64,000 nucleotides of DNA from IMG/VR virus record IMGVR_UViG_3300047564_001818, one strand, 5' to 3'. Position numbers and translations under genes: made by a program. Positions 28,872 to 35,970 of the stretch are shown here, in pieces (the first letter of the stretch is position 1; each line of letters begins with the position of its first letter). Origin of the DNA: a virus. Taxonomy: Duplodnaviria > Caudoviricetes. A model generated the notes under the pieces. The model was given only the letters and a program-made list of their open reading frames with translations. It had not been told where the DNA came from and did no database searches.

Positions 28872-28876
28872 AACAT

Positions 28877-28953
28877 GGGGGATTAGCTCAATTGGTTAGA
28901 GCGACGGTCTCATAAACCGCAGGTTATCGGTTCAAGTCCGGTATCCCCTACCA
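28877..28953 (+). tRNA. tRNA with CAU anticodon (elongator Met or Ile2)
   Basis: Acceptor GGGGGAT/ATCCCCT, loop CTCATAA, GTTCAA, CCA; lacks initiator features. Confidence 0.88.
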
Positions 28954-28959
28954 AATATT

Positions 28960-29036
<77 letters not shown>

Positions 29037-29039
29037 AGT

Positions 29040-29097
29040 TAGCAGGAGTTGAGATTGCGCTGTGTTGCCCTATGCTGCGTTGGATCTCCTCCTGCTA
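29040..29097 (+). ncRNA. Putative antisense sRNA hairpin whose loop is complementary to the shared early-mRNA 5' leader
   Basis: Stem TAGCAGGAG/CTCCTGCTA + GAGAT/ATCTC + GCGC/GCGT; loop TGTGTTGCCCTATGCT contains the reverse complement of CATAGGGCAACACA. Confidence 0.7.
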
Positions 29098-29127
29098 CGC
29101 TGATAGAGTTTAACCAAGGAGAACACC

Positions 29128-29307
29128 ATGGCTATCTGTCCTAACTGTCATACACCAGACAAGAACTTCTTTGCGCCTGCTTGCCATGCTTGCAACGAAC
29201 AGATTCCTTTGATCCAGCAGATCATTGTTAGCTTGATCTTCTTGTCAGTCAAGGCAGTGTTTGTGATTGCGATGTTGTGGTTCCTTTTTGTTTATCTTCC
29301 AGGTTGA
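29128..29307 (+). CDS. Zn-ribbon (CxxC...CxxC) plus transmembrane 59 aa protein (absent from ORF track)
   Basis: MAICPNCH...ACHAC then a hydrophobic tail; AAGGAG RBS. Confidence 0.65.
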   Translation: MAICPNCHTPDKNFFAPACHACNEQIPLIQQIIVSLIFLSVKAVFVIAMLWFLFVYLPG

Positions 29308-29358
29308 CAACTGCTGCGTAGAGTGTATACTGAACAAGTAATGAGCAAAGGGCACAAC

Positions 29359-30360
29359 ATGACTAACGTTACAATCATTGACGGCACGTACAAGATCCGC
29401 GGCGCTGACACTTCAGTAGCTGGTCTGACCTTTCCGTTGGTAGAACCGTTCCGTATGGGCAAGACTGGCGGCTATGTCACTGTGGATGGTTCAGCTGTGA
29501 ATGGCTTTCCGGCTCGCAACATCAAGATCCGTGTGAACAGTGAGCAGGACTACGAACTGCTAGAAGGCCCCGCTGTATACAACTCTAGAACAGAAACTGA
29601 TGCGGAGATTGTTGAGCGCATCCGTAGTCGCTTTGCTATGCTGGGCGAGATGACCAAGGCTGTGAAGAAGGGCGATGTACGTGCTATGATCGTATCAGGT
29701 CCTCCGGGTGTTGGCAAGAGCCACGGTGTTGAAGAAGTATTGGATCGATACAAGATGATGGAGACCATGGGCGGCAAGAAGACACACGAAGTGATCAAAG
29801 GCGCTATGAGCCCGATCGGACTGTACTGCAAGCTGTTCAAGATGAGCGAAGCTGGAAATGTGGTTGTGTTCGATGACTGTGACAGCATCTTCCAGGAAGA
29901 CCTAAGCTTGAACATCCTCAAAGCTGCACTAGACAGCAAGCAGAATCGTTGGATCCACTGGAACACTGACAGCTTCAAACTGCGCAACGAAGGTGTGCCT
30001 GACAAGTTCAAGTTTGAAGCTAGTGCAATCTTTATCACCAACTTGAAGTTCGACAAGGTCAAAGGCAAGCTTAGAGAACACCTAGAAGCATTGGAGTCAC
30101 GCTGCCACTACATGGATCTAACGATCGATACCGAACGTGATAAGATGCTGCGCATCCGGCAAGTGATTGAAGATGGTATGCTGGATGTGTACACACTGAG
30201 CGATGACATCAAAGAAGACATCATCGACTTCGTGGACATCAACAAGAGCCGACTGCGTGAACTGAGTCTGCGCAGTGTGCTCAAGGTAGCAGACCTGGCA
30301 GTAAGCTTTCCAGACCGCTGGCAGGACTTTGCTGAGAATACGGTGATGCGTCGAGCCTAG
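29359..30360 (+). CDS. P-loop AAA-type ATPase
   Basis: Walker A GPPGVGKS, Walker B VVVFDDCD, ALESRC; own TTGACA promoter. Confidence 0.85.
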   Translation: MTNVTIIDGTYKIRGADTSVAGLTFPLVEPFRMGKTGGYVTVDGSAVNGFPARNIKIRVNSEQDYELLEGPAVYNSRTETDAEIVERIRSRFAMLGEMTKAVKKGDVRAMIVSGPPGVGKSHGVEEVLDRYKMMETMGGKKTHEVIKGAMSPIGLYCKLFKMSEAGNVVVFDDCDSIFQEDLSLNILKAALDSKQNRWIHWNTDSFKLRNEGVPDKFKFEASAIFITNLKFDKVKGKLREHLEALESRCHYMDLTIDTERDKMLRIRQVIEDGMLDVYTLSDDIKEDIIDFVDINKSRLRELSLRSVLKVADLAVSFPDRWQDFAENTVMRRA

Positions 30361-30375
30361 CTCCGCATGCCGTTG

Positions 30376-30551
30376 GGACAATGGACCGCCCTCGTCCATT
30401 GTCCACATGTGGACTGAGTGTGCCCTCGCTCAGTTCACGAAGGCCGAAGCAGCCGATAAGAGCTGTTCGGTAAGGCTGGTAGACGAGCCCTCACGCTCTG
30501 CCAGAACAGCCCGGAGTTGGCGTGCCCTCTGCCGCTCCGGGCTATTTTTTT
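30376..30551 (+). ncRNA. Putative multi-hairpin sRNA with four GCCCUC loops, ending in an intrinsic terminator
   Basis: Hairpins 30376-30404 (loop CGCCCTC), 30409-30438 (TGCCCT-C), 30443-30471, 30476-30504 (AGCCCTCA), 30508-30543 (GTGCCCTCT) followed by T7. Confidence 0.75.
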
Positions 30552-30614
30552 GGTTGACAAGCCGTGCAGAAGGTGCTATTGTTAACACATAGGGCAACAC
30601 GGAAGGGCAAGAAG

Positions 30615-31025
30615 ATGTACACCTTTGATGAACAGATTGTATCCGATCTCCACAAAGACGCTCGTGGCTACCGCCCAGATGCATACTTTTGGGAAGAGTG
30701 GAGCCAAACCGGCGACGACACTCGCCAAGCTATGTGGGACAACCTGCTGCAGGAACTGGCCGCTGAGACAGCACGTCAACAGGACGCCTATGCTCGTGCA
30801 GAGATTGAGTTCCATCAGCGTGTGCAAGGCATGATGCTCTCAGGTGCCAAGGACGAACTGACTGCTATCCGTTGGATCCTCGAAGCCGAACAGTTCACCG
30901 AGAACGATTGGGCTTACGGTTCGGACTATGTGGCTTTCCACTTCAACTTGCCCTACAAAGGCCTATTTGATCAGCAGATCCAGACTGTCCTCAACGAGAT
31001 GGAGACCCAGGCTGACCTTGGCTAA
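30615..31025 (+). CDS. Early phage protein (SDLHKDARGYRP type)
   Basis: Start revised to MYTFDE after promoter and leader. Confidence 0.8.
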   Translation: MYTFDEQIVSDLHKDARGYRPDAYFWEEWSQTGDDTRQAMWDNLLQELAAETARQQDAYARAEIEFHQRVQGMMLSGAKDELTAIRWILEAEQFTENDWAYGSDYVAFHFNLPYKGLFDQQIQTVLNEMETQADLG

Positions 31026-31154
31026 GTTATTGATAACATTGACAAAAACTTTTTTGTAAGTGCTTGTTTTCTAACAAAACATTTCTCTTGCAATGTGCGC
31101 TGTATAGTGTATAACTGTATTTGTAAGCAACACAGCATATGCGAGGAGCACAAT

Positions 31155-31433
31155 ATGCAAAACACTGTAGCAAATACTAATTACGTTTTTGTAATGCTTG
31201 ATGACGCTACAAACGCAATTGTACTGCGTATTAATAAAACTGTTGACGTTTTTTGCAATAGTGCAAACGACATAATTGCTGCATTTAAACAATATAATAT
31301 TACGGACTGCGACACTATTATGGCGAGCAGCGACGTGGATTTTGCTACGGAGTTTGACTATGCGTACGACAGTGCAGTACACGACATGCTTGACGAAGCT
31401 TTTGACGCACTAAATTTTAAACAATACGTTTAA
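31155..31433 (+). CDS. Early acidic protein encoded without TC/CC dinucleotides
   Basis: MQNTVANTNY; GAGGAG RBS; CTTGCA-N17-TATAAC promoter. Confidence 0.7.
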   Translation: MQNTVANTNYVFVMLDDATNAIVLRINKTVDVFCNSANDIIAAFKQYNITDCDTIMASSDVDFATEFDYAYDSAVHDMLDEAFDALNFKQYV

Positions 31434-31522
31434 AAAAACAGCAGCACACAGCACTTTTTACTTGACAAGTGCTGTGTGCTGTGCTATAAGTTACACATAG
31501 GGCAACACAAGAGGGACTGCAC

Positions 31523-31714
31523 ATGACACGCGAAGAACTGTTTGCTAATATTGCACAAATTGCTGCTGACGCATACGACAACACAGATGCTGACGAAGTG
31601 CAAAGCTGGGATGCATACGAAGCAGCAAAGCAGATTGTTGCTGCAATGCAAGCGTTTGGCTACGACATTGCAGACATGTTGGAGCAAATAGAGGAAGACG
31701 CAGACGAAGCGTAA
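31523..31714 (+). CDS. Early acidic protein encoded without TC/CC dinucleotides
   Basis: Own promoter, leader and RBS. Confidence 0.75.
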   Translation: MTREELFANIAQIAADAYDNTDADEVQSWDAYEAAKQIVAAMQAFGYDIADMLEQIEEDADEA

Positions 31715-31816
31715 CACAAAAAAAACAGCAGCGCACAGCAACTTAGGGGTTGACAGTTGCTGTGTGCTGTGCTATTGTTAACACATAGGGCAACACAACA
31801 CAAGAGGGACCTCAAG

Positions 31817-32005
31817 ATGAATACCACAAAGCGCAACGCTCAGTTCGAAGCAGCCTTTGATCGAGTGATCGAAGCCCAGCTGTTGATGGAAGGTATTGCT
31901 GTTCTCACTGCTGACAGCCACGCAATGGACATTCAGGCACGCCTGCAGAAGATTGTCAAAGAGATGTGGCAGTTCAAAGGCAACGTTGCTCAAGGACGCA
32001 AATAG
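31817..32005 (+). CDS. Early hypothetical protein
   Basis: MNTTKRN start after promoter and leader. Confidence 0.7.
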   Translation: MNTTKRNAQFEAAFDRVIEAQLLMEGIAVLTADSHAMDIQARLQKIVKEMWQFKGNVAQGRK

Positions 32006-32068
32006 AGGTTGACACAGCCCTGCTCATGTGCTATTGTATATGAGTAGGGCAACACAACGGAGGGCAAG

Positions 32069-32212
32069 ATGAAGATCCAGATCAAAAGCGAAGACATCCA
32101 ACGCCGCAACCCTGTTGCACGTGAACTCGCCGCTGCTCAGTTCCGTGCCCGCACTGTGCGTGATCGCACCAAATACACCCGCAAACAGAAACACCGCAAA
32201 GGAGAACTTTGA
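32069..32212 (+). CDS. ArfA-like small basic protein (absent from ORF track)
   Basis: RNPVARELAAAQFRARTVRDRTKYTRKQKH resembles the ArfA core (FRxR...Y.RK.KH). Confidence 0.55.
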   Translation: MKIQIKSEDIQRRNPVARELAAAQFRARTVRDRTKYTRKQKHRKGEL

Positions 32213-32388
32213 TGACCTTCTACCACTACTTCAAAACCGTTTGCCTTGTGATCGCCAGCCTTGTGGCCTTTGTTGTGATCATGAGCCCAGAGACTGTGGG
32301 GCAATGGCAAGCCCGCAAGGCCATTGCATACGATCAGATCTGGATTGAATGGGTTGGTGACTGCGACTGCACCGAGCCGCTAGAGTAA
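32212..32388 (+). CDS. Small membrane-anchored protein (absent from ORF track)
   Basis: MTFYHYFKTVCLVIASLVAFVVIM...; TGATG coupling. Confidence 0.55.
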   Translation: MTFYHYFKTVCLVIASLVAFVVIMSPETVGQWQARKAIAYDQIWIEWVGDCDCTEPLE

Positions 32389-32477
32389 GCGAGAATCCGC
32401 TGACGGTCAATAAAACCCGTTGACTATCCTGTAGAAGCTGCTATAACTACTATACGAACGACAAAAAGGAGAAACCA

Positions 32478-33065
32478 ATGCGGATGATTCACATCCTCGG
32501 CGGCGTTGCTTCTTCAGCCGTGATCGTTGCAATGGCAGTGGTTTACTTGACGGCAGATGAGGCAAAGGCGGCCGTCAACCCCAAAGAGATAGTATACATC
32601 GAACGAGTGGTGGAGCGTGTGGTCCATGTGCCCATGCCCACTAGACCTGGACAGGATCCCAAGGCCATCTTTGCTGATGCAAACGAAGAAGACCGCTACT
32701 GCCTTGCTCAGAACATATACTTCGAAGCACGTGGTGAAAGTCTACTGGGACAAGCTTTGGTAGGTTGGGTAACACTGAACAGAGTTCAGAACTCTGACTT
32801 CCCCGAAGATATCTGCACTGTGGTTTGGCAGAAGGGACAGTTCAGCTGGACACATGATGGCAAGAGCGATCGACCTCGAAACAAAGAGTCTTGGGCCGCT
32901 GCTCAGATCGTTGCCGATGAAGTGATCCAAGCTTACGGAGTAGAACGTGATCCCACTGAAGGCGCAACCTACTTCCATGCTGATTCAGTTAACCCAAGTT
33001 GGGCCAAGAGCTTCGAACGAGTGGTTCGTATCGATAATCACATCTTCTACGCAGATCGAGGTTGA
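32478..33065 (+). CDS. sleB: Cell wall hydrolase, SleB/Hydrolase_2 family
   Basis: CLAQNIYFEARGE, V.LNRV...FP..IC.VVWQ..QFSW, GATYFH, IDNHIFY; N-terminal membrane anchor. Confidence 0.9.
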   Translation: MRMIHILGGVASSAVIVAMAVVYLTADEAKAAVNPKEIVYIERVVERVVHVPMPTRPGQDPKAIFADANEEDRYCLAQNIYFEARGESLLGQALVGWVTLNRVQNSDFPEDICTVVWQKGQFSWTHDGKSDRPRNKESWAAAQIVADEVIQAYGVERDPTEGATYFHADSVNPSWAKSFERVVRIDNHIFYADRG

Positions 33066-33117
33066 CAACACCCTACTCTGGTGCTATAGTATTAGAGTAG
33101 GGCAAGAGGAACACGTC

Positions 33118-33267
33118 ATGAACATTGATGAGCTCAAGACACTGTGGCGGTTTTGGACTGCGGGCGGCGTGTGGCAAGGTTGCCGTGCTACAGGGCAGAT
33201 AGTCCGTGCGGGCACCTACTCTGCGGTGTTGAAGCAGGCGGAATGGTTTGAACAAAGCACGTGGTGA
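33118..33267 (+). CDS. Early 49 aa protein
   Basis: MNIDELK start after promoter and leader. Confidence 0.6.
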   Translation: MNIDELKTLWRFWTAGGVWQGCRATGQIVRAGTYSAVLKQAEWFEQSTW

Positions 33268-33473
33268 ACCAGATGTGGCAAGTAAGAACACAATTCTCCA
33301 AACCACCAGCAGAGAATCCTACAGGAGCGTGGGAGTGGAACACGGTGTTGGTGGATACCGAGGCAGAAGCCGAAACATGGTGGCACACTCGTACCACTGT
33401 TAAGACGGTGGGCCGCAGAGTCTGCACCATGTTCAACCCTGCAGGCGATTTGGTTAGAGTCCAATTCAAATAG
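33261..33473 (+). CDS. Early hypothetical protein
   Basis: Overlaps the previous stop; 70 aa. Confidence 0.55.
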   Translation: MVNQMWQVRTQFSKPPAENPTGAWEWNTVLVDTEAEAETWWHTRTTVKTVGRRVCTMFNPAGDLVRVQFK

Positions 33474-33533
33474 TGGTTGACACACCGACTGTGTCGTGCT
33501 ATAACTAACGCATAGGGCAAGAGGAGCAAGACA

Positions 33534-33674
33534 ATGATCAAGTTCACTACGGGGCTGCTGGGGCTGATTGCGATTGCTAGCGCACATGACAACGTCAGCT
33601 TGCTGTTGTTAGCGGCGGCTGCAATGCCTTTCCTAACGCTGATGATTGCTTCCATTCGTGACATTGCGGAGTAA
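33534..33674 (+). CDS. Small hydrophobic early protein (absent from ORF track)
   Basis: MIKFTTGLLGLIAIA...; own promoter and leader. Confidence 0.6.
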   Translation: MIKFTTGLLGLIAIASAHDNVSLLLLAAAAMPFLTLMIASIRDIAE

Positions 33675-33778
33675 CACTGTGAAGCAGATCGGCTTTATGT
33701 GGGTCGCAGTGACATATCACAGTTGACAAACACCACGACAGATGCTATAACACAGCATAGGGCAACAAGGAGCACGAC

Positions 33779-34060
33779 ATGAAACTGAACGCTGCAAACA
33801 TCCAACGGATCCAAGGCTACCTCCGCAACGTTGCTGAAGTGGATCCCAACGACACTATCGCTAACAGAGCAAGCCAACTGGCTGTGGACTTGGAACTGGT
33901 GTGTGTTCCGTTTGAATACGACACACTGAGTGAAGCAGAACAGGTGCTGGTACAGTATGCCGTCAGCAAGCGCGAGCAATATGTATTGCTGCAGGGGCAC
34001 CGTCACGCAACTGATCTACAGCGTGTAGAAAAACAGCGCAGAACACTCAAAAGAGGTTGA
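33779..34060 (+). CDS. Early hypothetical protein
   Basis: Own promoter and leader. Confidence 0.7.
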   Translation: MKLNAANIQRIQGYLRNVAEVDPNDTIANRASQLAVDLELVCVPFEYDTLSEAEQVLVQYAVSKREQYVLLQGHRHATDLQRVEKQRRTLKRG

Positions 34061-34116
34061 CACTAGATCAACTGATGTTAGTATTAGTGTATAGGGCAAA
34101 CAAGAGGGAACACACT

Positions 34117-34311
34117 ATGAAGAGACTTGCTGCTATCCTAGCACTGATTGCTGCTGCCTCGGGCCTGTCGGGCTGTGCTGCCACTGGCATTGATCACAGT
34201 GAAGATCGTGCTGCGCACGACGCATACCTTGAGAGCATCTATACCAAGTATGATCCCGAATATGTAGACGACTGCTTCTACTACGAAGAGTTGGTGTGCG
34301 AGTTCGAATAA
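34117..34311 (+). CDS. Early lipoprotein
   Basis: MKRLAAILALIAAASGLSGC lipobox. Confidence 0.7.
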   Translation: MKRLAAILALIAAASGLSGCAATGIDHSEDRAAHDAYLESIYTKYDPEYVDDCFYYEELVCEFE

Positions 34312-34402
34312 ACGGTTGACACACTGACTGTTCGACTGTAGTATCAGTGTATAGGGCAAGGCAAGAAAGACTTCTTGCTTCAACACAAAGAGGGAATACA
34401 CT

Positions 34403-34795
34403 ATGATGATCACCATGGACACTATCGCAGTGCGTGACGAAACTCTCACTGCGGCTGCTGAGGCTGCACAGGACTACATCCAGGAATGGAAGCGCAACAC
34501 TGGCGGCAATGCCTACGGTGAGCCTGCATACTGCGGCTTTGCTTGGGTCACTGTGTATCCCAAGTTCGATCACAAAGGCAACACCCGACAGGGCAAAGAT
34601 GAACGCAAACTGTTTGACACTGTGATGACTGAGCTAGGCCTGCGCAAAGACTGGACTGGCAAGGCTTATGAACTGTGGAACCCCAGCAAGTGGGGCGGGC
34701 AGAGCATGGATGTCAAGGAAGCAGGTGCTCGCGCTGCGGCTAAGGTACTGCAGAAGTATGGATACGCTGCCTACGCAGGCAGCAGAGCAGACTGA
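34403..34795 (+). CDS. Early phage protein (CGFAWV...KEAGARA type)
   Basis: Own promoter, leader and GAGGG RBS. Confidence 0.8.
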   Translation: MMITMDTIAVRDETLTAAAEAAQDYIQEWKRNTGGNAYGEPAYCGFAWVTVYPKFDHKGNTRQGKDERKLFDTVMTELGLRKDWTGKAYELWNPSKWGGQSMDVKEAGARAAAKVLQKYGYAAYAGSRAD

Positions 34796-34822
34796 CACTG
34801 TCACTGTTGAGAGAGCAACTGG

Positions 34823-34849
34823 ACACAGCCCAAGGGCTGTGTTTTTTTA
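34823..34849 (+). terminator. Intrinsic terminator closing the early island
   Basis: ACACAGCCC-AA-GGGCTGTGT followed by a T-run. Confidence 0.8.
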
Positions 34850-34927
34850 TCACTGTGCTCTACACACGAGATAAGAGAAAGCACAGCGCAATGGCTGTGC
34901 TCTCTGTAAGCCTAACGTGCGCTGTGC

Positions 34928-35137
34928 TTAGTAGTCCGTGTCATACTCCCCGTCCGCATTGTCGTAGTAGTGTTCCTGTGCTGCACCCCCTACAGTCATA
35001 CGAGCTTCGTTTAGCTGACGCAGTGCTGCGCGAGCAGTGCGGCTGTCAGTGGCTGCTAGCAGTGTGTGCGCTTGTGCTAGCAGTGCTGCGACTTGCTGCA
35101 TAGTGTTTACGTGCTGCTGCTGTGCGTCGTTAAGCAT
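34928..35137 (-). CDS. Early hypothetical protein on the opposite strand
   Basis: Promoter TTGCAC-N17-TATACA at 35198-35170, variant leader ATAGCGCAACAC, GAGG RBS. Confidence 0.7.
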   Translation of the reverse strand: MLNDAQQQHVNTMQQVAALLAQAHTLLAATDSRTARAALRQLNEARMTVGGAAQEHYYDNADGEYDTDY

Positions 35138-35345
35138 GTGTGCCTCTCAGTGTGTTGCGCTATACATAATGTATAGCATATTTTTGAGTGTCGTGCAAGC
35201 ACTAAGTTTTGTTTAATAACAAGGGGTTAGAGAAAAAATTTTTTGAGAGGGGGGGTGGGGGGTATATAAAAATAAATCTTTATAAAACAAGCACTTAGCT
35301 TAATGATCTGTTTTTTTGTCACTTTTCTAAAACTGGGTGATGCAG

Positions 35346-35509
35346 AATCACCACCTCACTTCTGTAAGTACTTCACCATAATTTTTTGCGCGGCAGTTTT
35401 TTTACACTGCAAACTGAATTTCGGGCGCACACAATCACCACCTCACTTCTGTAAGTACTTCACCATAATTTTTTGCGCAGTGATTTTTTTTGGGTACAAA
35501 CTGAATTTC
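35346..35509. repeat. 46 bp perfect direct repeat at 87 bp pitch
   Basis: AATCACCACCTCACTTCTGTAAGTACTTCACCATAATTTTTTGCGC at 35346 and 35433, each followed by CAAACTGAATTTC. Confidence 0.9.
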
Positions 35510-35518
35510 ACTCTCTGA

Positions 35519-35686
35519 TCACTGTGAGTCTAAAAGTTCCTCTTTCACCGTAAGAAATCTTACCTCTACTGGCAAACACAGATCCGCAGGCTGTGTTTTC
35601 AAACCTTCGCACTGTGCTTTTGTCTGTACCACAATGCCATTACGGTACGCTCCACTTTCCAGTGCTATTAACAGCATCCACCACAT
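35519..35686 (-). CDS. Small hypothetical protein
   Basis: MWWMLLIAL; GAGGGAG RBS; TAAATA upstream. Confidence 0.5.
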   Translation of the reverse strand: MWWMLLIALESGAYRNGIVVQTKAQCEGLKTQPADLCLPVEVRFLTVKEELLDSQ

Positions 35687-35970
35687 GTTTGTCTCCCTCA
35701 ACTGCTTATTTAAGCACAGTGTTCACTGTTAGGGTCTGCAGGTGCTCACTGTGCGTTATAGGGTGCTCGGATCAGTTTCAAAAGAGCCGTATTTTTTCAA
35801 ACCAGGTCGTACGGGGTATTGCAGTGCGTTGTTTTCGGTGTTTTGACGTGGTTGTGTCAAAACAGTTTTAACACTGGCGGTTCAACACAGTGCTTGCGGC
35901 TTCACTAGATCTGTGTAGGTAAACGCTGGTTTACTGTTGTAAAAGCGTTTACCGCTTCGCGGCTTTGGGG

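Noticed and set aside
29040-29097. Hairpin as a plain intrinsic terminator of the tRNA operon
   Set aside because: It has no U-tract, the loop is large (16 nt) and specifically complementary to the leader, and an RBS-bearing ORF follows.
30407-30684. ORFs 30407..30592 (+) and 30430..30684 (-) over the hairpin cluster
   Set aside because: No RBS, they cross the terminator and next promoter, and the region is better explained as structured RNA.
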